Part shown: positions 18,515 to 26,362 of the stretch, piece by piece
Layout of the letters: the number at the start of each line of letters is the position of its first letter
Position numbering within the stretch: position 1 is the first letter of the stretch
From: a virus
Lineage: Duplodnaviria > Caudoviricetes
Length of the DNA stretch: 37,410 bases
Reading direction: 5' to 3' (one strand)
Virus record (IMG/VR): IMGVR_UViG_3300006483_000017
Coordinates: 1 to 37,410 of that record
Notes under the pieces: generated by a model
What the model was told of the DNA's origin: nothing
What the model saw: only the letters and a program-made list of their open reading frames with translations
Databases searched by the model: none
Position numbers and translations under genes: made by a program

Positions 18515-18515
18515 A

Positions 18516-18634
18516 GAGTATAGTGAATGGGAGTGGCCCTAGGGATGGTGTATCTAACCGTATATTTTTTTGCTGTGGAGGGAAAAAATGGTACATTTAG
18601 ATTTATAGGGCCACTCCCATTCTGCACCATACTC
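18516..18634 (-). other. Long intergenic stem-loop (candidate structured RNA)
   Basis: Perfect 17-bp IR at 18525..18541 / 18606..18622. Extended outward by gagtatagtg/caccatactc and inward by atctaa/ttagat and T/A tracts. Confidence 0.7.
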
Positions 18635-18697
18635 AAATATTTGGGGGGTTCTATATGTATGGACATAAAAGGAGGCATCTCTCAAAATAGTATGGTT

Positions 18698-19486
18698 TTA
18701 GGAATTGAATCCTCTCCTCCTTTTGACAATGACTTTCTTATAATGCTTCCAGGCTGAAATCCAATCATTCTCATGTTCATCCTGTAAAGGATTCTCAGAA
18801 ACCTCAGGGTCTAATACTCCCACTTGATCCCAATACCTGTCATAGGCAAGTTTATGAGCATCCTTTTTCTTCTTAGCATAACTCAGGTCCTGAATGGTTG
18901 GAGCAAACATCCATGTAGGTATAAGGTCGTCCACCTCGTATCCTGGATGGATGGGTGGTGCTTTAAGAACATAACCACACTCCCGGCATATCACCAGTCC
19001 ATGTGTGATTTCATTCCTGCGGTTACCGCACTCAGGACACCTGACATTATTCTCCTTCAAGTAGGATATACTGAATTCATGAAGGTCATCCTGTGTAACA
19101 TGGTTATGGTAAGGGGAATGCCCCACGCTATTGGTGGGGCCGTTTTGTTTTCCCTTACTATATGTTCCGGACAATGTTGATTTTTTCAGCTTTTTGACAT
19201 AATCAAACTCCTCTATCCATTCACTTCCAGGGATGGTCACTCCGAGATAAGTGGCTGGCCGTGTTTTCTCAGTTTTTTTCAGATCCACTGTACCCTTCAT
19301 TTTCAGGATTAATTCCTTACGCTTTCTCCTGTAATATTTCCGGTCATACTTGTTGTGGCTCTGGCGTATTGCATTATAACGACACTTTGCACTGCAATAG
19401 AGTGTGTTAGGCTTCTCAGAGTAGAACTCCTTACCATCCCATCGGCACTTCCTACGGTACACTCTGGGATGGTCCGCTGTATCCAT
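18698..19486 (-). CDS. Zn-finger protein with TFIIB-type Zn ribbon (putative transcription regulator)
   Basis: N-terminal CRWD..YCSAKC; internal CPECG..GLVICRECGYVL. Confidence 0.7.
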   Translation of the reverse strand: MDTADHPRVYRRKCRWDGKEFYSEKPNTLYCSAKCRYNAIRQSHNKYDRKYYRRKRKELILKMKGTVDLKKTEKTRPATYLGVTIPGSEWIEEFDYVKKLKKSTLSGTYSKGKQNGPTNSVGHSPYHNHVTQDDLHEFSISYLKENNVRCPECGNRRNEITHGLVICRECGYVLKAPPIHPGYEVDDLIPTWMFAPTIQDLSYAKKKKDAHKLAYDRYWDQVGVLDPEVSENPLQDEHENDWISAWKHYKKVIVKRRRGFNS

Positions 19487-19500
19487 CGAGGATCACCCAT

Positions 19501-20259
19501 TTAGGAAGGTAGAGGTATGGTTAATTGAATCTTCTTATTGCGTGGGTCGATGGTTACTTTGGTTTTATCCTGAAGGAATTGTGGGAGGCCATTAAAAACC
19601 TCGATACAGGTTAACTGATCCTTAAACCTGGCGAGTACAGTGTCATGCATATTATTTTTATGATTTCCAGACTTACGGCATTCCATGCCTGTTGAGTATG
19701 GCCACACCTGATCAATGACTTCTCCAATTGTCAAACCATTACCAGCTGCTCCAACAACTTCATCATTATTGTTCAAGACCTCCTCTGGAGTGTGAACTAT
19801 CACCGCCGCTTCAATGTCAGCTTCAGGGGCTGGGTTTCTTTTCGGAACGCTGAAAAGATGCTTCCGCCCATCCATCTCATGGATGATTTCTCCGTCTGAT
19901 TCAAGTTCCTTGAGATAGGCGTAAACCGTACCTGGTGCTTTGCGCATGTGCTGACTAATTTCCTTTTTACTTTTCCTTGGATGCCTTTTCAGGAATTTAA
20001 TTATTTCACCCTTTATCTCGCTCACTTTATCACCCTCTTCCTTCTCTAAGAATTTAAGTGCCTTTTCCGTGATCTCATAATAACTGCTTCCGTTATGGAA
20101 AACATATTCCAAGAAACCACTATCGGATAAATATCTCACTCCATTCATTCGCCGTTCATAAAGCCCTTGAAGTAACTCAAGGACCTGAGAGTAACTTAGA
20201 AATCCTCCCTGGTCACGGAATTTTTTCAGGAACTCTTCCAATTCGCTCAAAGCCAACAT
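19501..20259 (-). CDS. Winged-HTH DNA-binding protein (two wHTH-like domains)
   Basis: LSDSGFL..YEITEKA and SKKEISQHM..PGTVYAYLKELESDGEI. Confidence 0.75.
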   Translation of the reverse strand: MLALSELEEFLKKFRDQGGFLSYSQVLELLQGLYERRMNGVRYLSDSGFLEYVFHNGSSYYEITEKALKFLEKEEGDKVSEIKGEIIKFLKRHPRKSKKEISQHMRKAPGTVYAYLKELESDGEIIHEMDGRKHLFSVPKRNPAPEADIEAAVIVHTPEEVLNNNDEVVGAAGNGLTIGEVIDQVWPYSTGMECRKSGNHKNNMHDTVLARFKDQLTCIEVFNGLPQFLQDKTKVTIDPRNKKIQLTIPLPS

Positions 20260-20297
20260 AGAAAAATCAAACCTCCTGTCAAATTGTTTGAGCCGTA

Positions 20298-20516
20298 TTA
20301 TGGGAGTTTACGATCAAACCTGAACACCTCCTTACACCGGTCCACATGACTACACTGACCACGATAATAAAAACCAGGACAGGGGGTGCAGAACCATTCA
20401 CCCTCATAGAGAGTGACCTCATAAAGATCGTTACGCCCTATCACCAGCCACTGGATGAGTCCTGTTTCCCGGAATATCTGCCATACTCCTGGGTCCGCCG
20501 TTCCCAGAAGTACCAT
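20298..20516 (-). CDS. SWIM-type Zn-finger protein
   Basis: YEVT..WFCTPCPGFYYRGQCSH. Confidence 0.7.
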   Translation of the reverse strand: MVLLGTADPGVWQIFRETGLIQWLVIGRNDLYEVTLYEGEWFCTPCPGFYYRGQCSHVDRCKEVFRFDRKLP

Positions 20517-20835
20517 CCCCCTGACTGAACCAATATATTATGACAAAATCTTTTAATTTCAGGTCCGGATAGAACTTTCTGAGAACTTTTAACCCCTCCT
20601 CCCGGGTATTGGTGTTGGTGTCTTTGCATAGTGTGAATTCTGGTATTTCACAAACTCGGAGATAATTCTGGACAATGAGTAAAGCCTTAAACTCCCTTCG
20701 TGGTGTTTTCATAGTGTACCAGTTCCCGGTTATAAGATTCTTATCTCTCCTTCGGATCGTGCTGAAATAATTGCTGTATGTTTTCGGATAATCCTCTGCG
20801 AATTTAATCACAGGTCCTGATCCATCCTTACTCAT
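20431..20835 (-). CDS. ASCH/PUA-like domain protein
   Basis: IKF..STIRRRD..G..Y..LRKFYP pattern; the C-terminal tail overlaps the SWIM gene by 86 bp. Confidence 0.55.
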   Translation of the reverse strand: MSKDGSGPVIKFAEDYPKTYSNYFSTIRRRDKNLITGNWYTMKTPRREFKALLIVQNYLRVCEIPEFTLCKDTNTNTREEGLKVLRKFYPDLKLKDFVIIYWFSQGDGTSGNGGPRSMADIPGNRTHPVAGDRA

Positions 20836-20985
20836 TTATTTAGCCCTCCTTTTCATCCTCTCAAGGACACCCTCACCAAGATGGAAGAATCTGCGACAAT
20901 TCACACATTGATAAAAGTGCATTCCTCCTGAATCTGTGAATATGTGTTTCGCTGGTTTACCGCAACATTCCGGTTTAACATCCAT
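20836..20985 (-). CDS. Small Zn-ribbon protein (49 aa, not in ORF track)
   Basis: MDVKPECCGK..YQCVNC; RBS GGAGGG; abuts the next gene. Confidence 0.65.
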   Translation of the reverse strand: MDVKPECCGKPAKHIFTDSGGMHFYQCVNCRRFFHLGEGVLERMKRRAK

Positions 20986-20999
20986 TTCCTGTTTCCCTC

Positions 21000-21176
21000 C
21001 TATTCTGTTTTAATTCCGAGTTTCTCATTCATAATTTTAATAGGACACCCGGTCCGGCAGTGCTTCAATTCACAATCACTCCGGTGTGGTGGTTGTTTAA
21101 TCCCATACCTGCTTCGGTGTCCTGCACATAGGATCATCAGTCCCTGAGCATACTGGTCCACATTTAAAGGTTGCAT
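21000..21176 (-). CDS. Small Cys-rich protein (58 aa, not in ORF track)
   Basis: C..R..YGIK..DC..C..GC; similar to 22910..23071. Confidence 0.6.
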   Translation of the reverse strand: MQPLNVDQYAQGLMILCAGHRSRYGIKQPPHRSDCELKHCRTGCPIKIMNEKLGIKTE

Positions 21177-21200
21177 ATTTTTTCATCCCCAAATTGGTTT

Positions 21201-21776
21201 TTATTCTGATTTTGGTGGGTATCTACCTGTGATTTCTTTTTTAACCAATTTCCAAAACTTTTCATCACCTGTGATCTGTGCCCTTGCCTCAGTGAGCATG
21301 GATAATTCAGTGATTGGTTCGCCTTGTCCTTTCAAGTCCTCTTCAACTCCCTGGATGAAAACACCAATCTCGGCAGGATCATGACTGTTTAGTGAAGGGT
21401 CTTTTTCAGCATATTTCTCCTCATCTTTTTCACCACCTTCACAGGGCCGGAAGTAAACATCAAACAGTTTCGTTGGTGACATTGGAGGCTTATTCGGTTT
21501 AGTTCCCAGATATATGATGCACACCTCGTAACCGATAGGTATGTCCTTGAAGAGATCATCCAGCACAGTCGTGCCAAACACTGTTATCTCAAGGCCATCC
21601 TCGTTCTGAATAATATACTTCTTCAAATCTGGTTTCTTCTTATCCACGCTTTCAACTCTCTCAGTCCGCAGATATTTACCGGTCAGGTGTTCACCATCCT
21701 GTGGTGTCCATTTACGGCCTGTTGCCCTTCTCCATCCATCCTTACCTTCTTTAATATCTCTAATTCCTGTCATCAA
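21201..21776 (-). CDS. Putative OB-fold single-stranded DNA-binding protein
   Basis: WTP..GE.L.G.Y..VFGTTVL..G..V.I.YLG beta pattern with a charged C-terminal region. Confidence 0.55.
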   Translation of the reverse strand: MMTGIRDIKEGKDGWRRATGRKWTPQDGEHLTGKYLRTERVESVDKKKPDLKKYIIQNEDGLEITVFGTTVLDDLFKDIPIGYEVCIIYLGTKPNKPPMSPTKLFDVYFRPCEGGEKDEEKYAEKDPSLNSHDPAEIGVFIQGVEEDLKGQGEPITELSMLTEARAQITGDEKFWKLVKKEITGRYPPKSE

Positions 21777-21814
21777 AAATCACCTACAAATATTTTTTTT
21801 TTAATAAAAAAATA

Positions 21815-22180
21815 TTAGATCACTCCTATGAGTTCCTCTGGCGGATCGGTCTTCGGTGGGAATAAATGTAAATCATTAAGATAGGTCACCCTCTGAACTT
21901 GACTCTTAGTCAGGCCAAGCATTCGGCCAATTTCACGGTTACTGTGTTTCTTCCTGAGAAACCATATCTTCCAGTCCAGGTCAGGAATTTCATGATACTT
22001 GATAAACTTTGCCCTGCCCGGTACGGAAACCTCTCTGAGGTTAGTTATGTTCAGTTTAAGAGCCTTATAATAAAGGCTTTGAACAGGCCGGTCCATTTCT
22101 TGGCTGATTTTTTTGATTGGAACTCCACCCAGATACATCACACTGAATTTAACTTCCTCTTCGGTAGTCCATCTCCTCAT
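21815..22180 (-). CDS. HTH/Myb-like DNA-binding protein
   Basis: WTTEEE..IKKISQEMDRP and SNREIGRMLGLTKSQV. Confidence 0.7.
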   Translation of the reverse strand: MRRWTTEEEVKFSVMYLGGVPIKKISQEMDRPVQSLYYKALKLNITNLREVSVPGRAKFIKYHEIPDLDWKIWFLRKKHSNREIGRMLGLTKSQVQRVTYLNDLHLFPPKTDPPEELIGVI

Positions 22181-22183
22181 CTT

Positions 22184-22384
22184 TTAAACACTCCCATACG
22201 GTAATAAGAAGTCAGGCCTTCCCTGGCTATGAATAACTGCTAATATGGTGAGGAGGCTGAGTATCCCTATGATGAAGAGTAATGGATAATAATTGCTAAT
22301 CAGGTCCGCTAATCTTTCCGTGAAGGTTCTCCTCCTCTTCCTCAGGTCATAAACCCTGTATTTATGAACTCCCATTCTATTCAC
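22184..22384 (-). CDS. Small single-TM membrane protein
   Basis: Basic N-terminus followed by a hydrophobic helix. Confidence 0.65.
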   Translation of the reverse strand: MNRMGVHKYRVYDLRKRRRTFTERLADLISNYYPLLFIIGILSLLTILAVIHSQGRPDFLLPYGSV

Positions 22385-22581
22385 CCATTTATCTGTTTAA
22401 TCGGTCTTGTACTGTTCTCATGCACCTTTACAGATTCCTGTTCTTCCAAGTCCTGTTTTTTAGTCCCCTCATGGTACCCGCACTTAGCACAGTATTTGTA
22501 ATCCCTGAGTTCATCCCAGAAATACATCAAGCCATCACATTCAGGGCATTCAATCCTGTCAGGTAATTTTTTAACCGTCAT
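22381..22581 (-). CDS. Small Zn-ribbon protein
   Basis: CPEC..CAKC; start MTVKK behind GGAGG. Confidence 0.65.
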   Translation of the reverse strand: MTVKKLPDRIECPECDGLMYFWDELRDYKYCAKCGYHEGTKKQDLEEQESVKVHENSTRPIKQING

Positions 22582-22870
22582 TAAAGGCCTCCTCCATACA
22601 TTCTTCACATACAAGGAACACACTTGCAGGTTCCCCTGGATTAACCCTTGTATCTGGAGTTCCTGGATCAAAGTGTATCCTGGCCACTTCATCCACAAAG
22701 GGTGTTATTTCCTTGCCACAGAATAAACAGGATAATTCTATTTCTTCACCATCCAGTCTTAACCCTCCATACAAGGTTTGAACATTTCTAAGTGTTTGGT
22801 AAAGGTTTGTACTGCCATCCTGGAATTTTTTGAGTATTCTAATTAAACCATTCTGTTTTTCAAAACTCAT
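22571..22870 (-). CDS. Zn-finger protein
   Basis: CLFC..CEEC; start MSFEK behind GGAGGTG. Confidence 0.65.
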   Translation of the reverse strand: MSFEKQNGLIRILKKFQDGSTNLYQTLRNVQTLYGGLRLDGEEIELSCLFCGKEITPFVDEVARIHFDPGTPDTRVNPGEPASVFLVCEECMEEAFNDG

Positions 22871-22909
22871 GGTTCCACCTCCCGGTAAGGGCATTTTCCA
22901 AGGCATGGT

Positions 22910-23071
22910 TCATTCCCCCTTTGTCCATTTACATCCTTCACAGCATGGTTCTGATTGGCAATCTTCATCACCACTGGCACGTTTGAGGCCGTATTTCTTC
23001 CGGACACTGTTACAATACCCCTCTGCAATGGCTTCTTCCCTTGCATAATGTTCTTCCCAACTCAATGGCAT
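22910..23071 (-). CDS. Small Cys-rich protein (53 aa, not in ORF track)
   Basis: MPLSWEEH..YCNSVRKKYGLK..DC..CCEGC; RBS GGAGTTGA. Confidence 0.6.
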   Translation of the reverse strand: MPLSWEEHYAREEAIAEGYCNSVRKKYGLKRASGDEDCQSEPCCEGCKWTKGE

Positions 23072-23085
23072 AAATCTCAACTCCT

Positions 23086-23205
23086 TCAAACTGTATTGGT
23101 GGCCATTTCCCCCAATTCAGCATAACTCTGAACTAAGAATATGGCGAATTCTTCCACCTTCTTTTCAACTAGTTTTTTCCTGCAATAATCCCATACTCCA
23201 GACAT
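23086..23205 (-). CDS. Hypothetical 39-aa protein (not in ORF track)
   Basis: RBS GGAGTGA; fills the gap in a tight operon. Confidence 0.55.
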   Translation of the reverse strand: MSGVWDYCRKKLVEKKVEEFAIFLVQSYAELGEMATNTV

Positions 23206-23220
23206 ACTCTTATCACTCCT

Positions 23221-23508
23221 TTAGTCCTCATCTCGGGGTTCGAAGCCACTGCAACTTATAATACATCTTGGGTCAAAATTGAAGGGCCAATACGCCCATC
23301 CCTGAACCACTACTCCCTCTCTTACTTTGATTTTCAATCCAAAAAGGCCACTTGTAACTTTCTTTTTCCTGCTGAAATTATCGAACACAAATCTTAGGGC
23401 ATCATGATCACTCATGATAAGGTCCACTACCTCATGATTACACTTACTATGGAGAGTATTGCTCCCAGCTTTACCCCTGAAGCGGCATTTATTACAATCA
23501 AAACTCAT
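23221..23508 (-). CDS. Cys/His-rich hypothetical protein (paralog of 23885..24190)
   Basis: CNKC..HSKCNH..WPFNFDP..C.GF. Confidence 0.75.
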   Translation of the reverse strand: MSFDCNKCRFRGKAGSNTLHSKCNHEVVDLIMSDHDALRFVFDNFSRKKKVTSGLFGLKIKVREGVVVQGWAYWPFNFDPRCIISCSGFEPRDED

Positions 23509-23511
23509 TTT

Positions 23512-23745
23512 CTATGTCCCCCTTACAATGCAAATCTCGAAAATTCGACCATCATCAAAGTCCTGATACACTCTAGTCCCACTAGGAACTGGTATATCTG
23601 GGAATTCTTCTAATCTTTCAACCCGTTCCGGGCAGTCAGGTTTACCAGTCACATCCCGGATTTTGAGGATCTGACGATGCGGATCCTTGGTTAAAAGAAA
23701 GGTTAGCACCCTCTCCACACAATGTGTTTTATAGACTGCCACCAT
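23512..23745 (-). CDS. Hypothetical protein
   Basis: RBS GGAGGGG; operon packing. Confidence 0.6.
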   Translation of the reverse strand: MVAVYKTHCVERVLTFLLTKDPHRQILKIRDVTGKPDCPERVERLEEFPDIPVPSGTRVYQDFDDGRIFEICIVRGT

Positions 23746-23895
23746 TTAGGTCCCCTCCTGACAGTATTCATCCAGGCAATGGTCAACCAGCTTCATTGAC
23801 GTGGTTCCTTTGAAACACCATCCGCAGAGATGGCCCCGTGGCTCCTCCACAATTTCGGCATTCTTAACTCCTCTTCTATCTTCATTAGTCATCAT
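23746..23895 (-). CDS. Small Cys/His protein (49 aa, not in ORF track)
   Basis: HLCGWC..HC..C; abuts both neighbours. Confidence 0.55.
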   Translation of the reverse strand: MMTNEDRRGVKNAEIVEEPRGHLCGWCFKGTTSMKLVDHCLDEYCQEGT

Positions 23896-24190
23896 TCATT
23901 CCATCCCCCATTGCTTTGAATCCGTTACACTCTTTGACCCATATCGGATCAAAATTAAAAGGCCACAACCCCCATCTATTGGCTATGGCACTGGATTTTA
24001 CTTCTACCTCCAATCCCCAGAGTCCACTTGGGATTTTATGTTTATTCACCAGGCCATCCATAACCAAGACGAGTGCGTCATGGTCGCTCATCAATTTATC
24101 AATCACTGGATGGTCACAACGGCTATGCCGGGTGTTGCTCCCGGCCCTGCTACGGTATACGCAGTTATAACAATTTTCTTCCATACACAA
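23885..24190 (-). CDS. Cys/His-rich hypothetical protein (paralog of 23221..23508)
   Basis: CYNC..HSRCDH..WPFNFDP..CNGF. Confidence 0.75.
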   Translation of the reverse strand: MCMEENCYNCVYRSRAGSNTRHSRCDHPVIDKLMSDHDALVLVMDGLVNKHKIPSGLWGLEVEVKSSAIANRWGLWPFNFDPIWVKECNGFKAMGDGMNDD

Positions 24191-24478
24191 TCACCCCATA
24201 TTTTTAATTGCCTCCAGGCCGGACCTATCCACAGGTCGTGGCTGTGGATATATCCTGATTTCCCAGAAGGTACCTTCATGATCTCTCCAGAAGATGCTGT
24301 CCTCAGGTGATAAATTACCCACATGATTCCGGTTTAGATCACCCCACTCAGCATACTTGTAGTTAGGATTATTCTTAGGGTCCTGGTTTAGTGGCGTGAA
24401 TTTGAATGACGAAGAGGTCATACGGCAGTGATTCATCACTATTGCTGGGCCATCGAAGTCTGCAATAAAAAAAGTCAT
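24191..24478 (-). CDS. Hypothetical protein
   Basis: RBS GGAGG; operon packing. Confidence 0.6.
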   Translation of the reverse strand: MTFFIADFDGPAIVMNHCRMTSSSFKFTPLNQDPKNNPNYKYAEWGDLNRNHVGNLSPEDSIFWRDHEGTFWEIRIYPQPRPVDRSGLEAIKNMG

Positions 24479-24481
24479 AGT

Positions 24482-24826
24482 TCAGGGCCTCCTGAGTTTG
24501 AAGTTTTTCTCAGCAGTCCTGATCTCCCTGATCCGTGTTTCAAGGACATAGGCATCATACCTGTGATACCCATACCATGCCTTTGGAGTCAGGTTAATGG
24601 TTTCACCGGTGTCTAATTCCACTTCGGTGATTTCAAGCCGGGACACGAAAATATATTGTATTCTTTCCCGGTCCACCTCAGGATCAATTCCACTGTACCA
24701 GTCATAGACGATCCGGCTTTCAGGGTGCTCATCCAACAGCGTGGCCAGGTCCCTGGCCTTCTGTTCCTTCTTTTCTTCTATTTCTTTGCGGTGCTTAACC
24801 GCCATCACATATAGACTGTCTAACAT
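24482..24826 (-). CDS. Hypothetical protein, first gene of early operon
   Basis: RBS GGGGATGG; downstream of the duplicated promoter. Confidence 0.7.
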   Translation of the reverse strand: MLDSLYVMAVKHRKEIEEKKEQKARDLATLLDEHPESRIVYDWYSGIDPEVDRERIQYIFVSRLEITEVELDTGETINLTPKAWYGYHRYDAYVLETRIREIRTAEKNFKLRRP

Positions 24827-24897
24827 TTCTTACCATCCCCTGGGAGATTGAGGCTTGTTATAGGCCTTCCCCGTGTTATTCTCTGTTAAAGATATTA

Positions 24898-24927
24898 TAT
24901 ATATTTTTGGATTTTTGAATATTTGAA
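24898..24927 (-). promoter_or_regulatory. BRE/TATA promoter, copy 1
   Basis: Minus strand TTCAAATATTCAAAAATCCAAAAATATATA; 29/30 identical to 25809..25838. Confidence 0.7.
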
Positions 24928-25020
24928 TAAATATTGGAAAAAAAGGAAATATTTAGTTTTGAAGAGAGGTGCATTGCAAGTGTAAAAAATTTAACGCCTA
25001 TACTGATCGCCAAATCGGAT

Positions 25021-25073
25021 AATATAATATAATATAATATAATATAATATAACATAATATAATAATAATAATA
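25021..25073. repeat. (ATAAT)n A/T-rich microsatellite, possible unwinding element
   Basis: aatataatataatat.. run containing a single C. Confidence 0.85.
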
Positions 25074-25125
25074 AGGATACATTCGGAGATTATGGTGCTC
25101 TTTTCTAACAAAAAAGTGTTTAAAA

Positions 25126-25220
25126 ATGTTATTTAATGTTATTTTATAACATCTTATAACACAAAATAATATTTTATAATATTTTCTAATATGGGATATT
25201 ATTTTATAACATCCCATATT
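25126..25220. repeat. 10-bp-phased ATGTTAT/ATAACAT repeat array (candidate iterons/operators)
   Basis: Units at 25126, 25136, 25146, 25156, 25166, 25176, 25186, 25196 and 25206; internal IR at 25188..25220. Confidence 0.7.
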
Positions 25221-25749
25221 ATTCCGCTCCTGACAAAATCAACCCCAAATCAAACACTCGATTCTCAGCATACCTTTCCACCGCTGACAAAACCGTACTT
25301 TCACTGATGCCATACTCCTTCTCAATGTAATCAAATGGTGGAACTGCATCATCCACAACAGCCCTGCGAACAATACTCTCAAAATAATCCTTCTTATCAA
25401 TGATTTTCTTCTGCCTGTCATTCACCTCCTCTATGATAGTTTCACCGATCAGATCTGCACTCTCCTCTTCCTCCTGATCAAAGTGATTCTCAGCCAATAT
25501 ATCCATACTCTCACTGACCATCTCCTTCTCCTGATCCCGTTCCGAGATCAGAATCTCAGTGATCTCCTCATTACTTATCTGGTCCTGTAATTCCAGGACC
25601 TGACCATATTTTTTCTTAATATACGATTCCATGCTCAGCCTGAAAAACCGGCTGACACTTCCGAAGTCCCTCTTAGCAACCCGATAATAATATTCAGGTG
25701 CAAGGATTGAGGTATTCCTTTTTTTCTTTAACTCATCTGTTCCTTTCAT
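25219..25749 (-). CDS. RHH-like plus C-terminal HTH-like DNA-binding protein
   Basis: NTSILAP..SVSRFFRLSMESY (strand-helix-helix), acidic linker, FDYIEKEYGISESTV. Confidence 0.6.
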   Translation of the reverse strand: MKGTDELKKKRNTSILAPEYYYRVAKRDFGSVSRFFRLSMESYIKKKYGQVLELQDQISNEEITEILISERDQEKEMVSESMDILAENHFDQEEEESADLIGETIIEEVNDRQKKIIDKKDYFESIVRRAVVDDAVPPFDYIEKEYGISESTVLSAVERYAENRVFDLGLILSGAE

Positions 25750-25808
25750 ATCATTCCATCCCCTATGTGTGATGTTATTTTATGTTATTTTCTCTCTTAA
25801 GAAGTATT

Positions 25809-25838
25809 TATATATTTTTGGATTTTTGGATATTTGAA
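25809..25838 (-). promoter_or_regulatory. BRE/TATA promoter, copy 2, with downstream ATGTTAT x2 (25772, 25782)
   Basis: Near-identical to 24898..24927; about 60 bp upstream of the ATG at 25749. Confidence 0.7.
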
Positions 25839-25910
25839 AATTGATTAAAAAATAATTATATAACTTAAAAAGTATAAATATAATACTATCAAAAAATAAT
25901 AATTCGGCAT

Positions 25911-25937
25911 AAAAAAAGACCCCTCACAAAGGAGGGG
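25911..25937 (-). terminator. Terminator at the end of the late transcript
   Basis: cccctc-acaaag-gagggg stem followed by T7 on the minus strand. Confidence 0.6.
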
Positions 25938-25959
25938 AAATATTCATTTAAAAAAATTT

Positions 25960-26014
25960 TTATTTCTTCGCAACAAAGACATACCATGATTTCCGGCTGA
26001 CTAACCTGACACCT
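25960..26014. repeat. 55-bp direct repeat, copy 1 (detached copy of endolysin 3' end)
   Basis: 53/55 identical to 26816..26870; encodes GVRLVSRKSWYVFVAKK* on the minus strand. Confidence 0.95.
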
Positions 26015-26050
26015 TAAATAAAACCCCACTTCGTTATAACGAAGCAAAAC

Positions 26051-26070
26051 CAAAAACTATATATATAAGT
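26051..26070 (+). promoter_or_regulatory. BRE/TATA promoter of the plus-strand cassette
   Basis: caaaaac-tatatatataag about 45 bp upstream of the ATG at 26112. Confidence 0.6.
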
Positions 26071-26111
26071 AGAAACAAAGTATAGAGTAGAAAGTAAAAA
26101 GGTGATTGAAA

Positions 26112-26336
26112 ATGAACGGACAAATATGTTTTGCAACAAAAAATAAAAATGTGAGCGTTTTGGTTGAAAATGGCAATGTAAGTGAACATAAAATATATGA
26201 AACTGGATCATTATTCACTAAACTAAGCTTTTTCAACACAGACGGTTCTGACATGACTGAAGAAGAATACAATCAATTCTACGACGAAAACACAGAACTT
26301 ATAGATTTTATAGCAGATTTAGAAATAGAAATTTAA
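26112..26336 (+). CDS. Small acidic hypothetical protein
   Basis: RBS AGGTGA; 74 aa with 15 Asp/Glu versus 4 Lys. Confidence 0.75.
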   Translation: MNGQICFATKNKNVSVLVENGNVSEHKIYETGSLFTKLSFFNTDGSDMTEEEYNQFYDENTELIDFIADLEIEI

Positions 26337-26362
26337 TCTTAAATTTTTTAGGAGGAATTGAA

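Noticed and set aside
18527..18757. 76-aa plus-strand ORF
   Set aside because: Runs through the long inverted repeat and against the operon direction; better explained as non-coding structure.
23801..24310. 169-aa plus-strand ORF
   Set aside because: Antisense to three tightly packed minus-strand genes, one of which has a clear paralog.
24876..25217. 113-aa minus-strand ORF
   Set aside because: Low-complexity Y/I/L translation of the microsatellite and phased repeats; no RBS; overlaps a promoter.
25021..25220. Mini-CRISPR array
   Set aside because: Units are 5-10 bp with no unique spacers; I saw no repeat-spacer pattern anywhere in the window.
25960..26014. Repeat as the prophage attP/attL
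   Set aside because: No integrase is recognisable, and the repeat is viral coding sequence, not tRNA-like.
26014..26272. Two Phe-rich minus-strand ORFs
   Set aside because: Antisense to the cassette promoter and acidic gene; their hydrophobicity reflects the A-rich plus strand.
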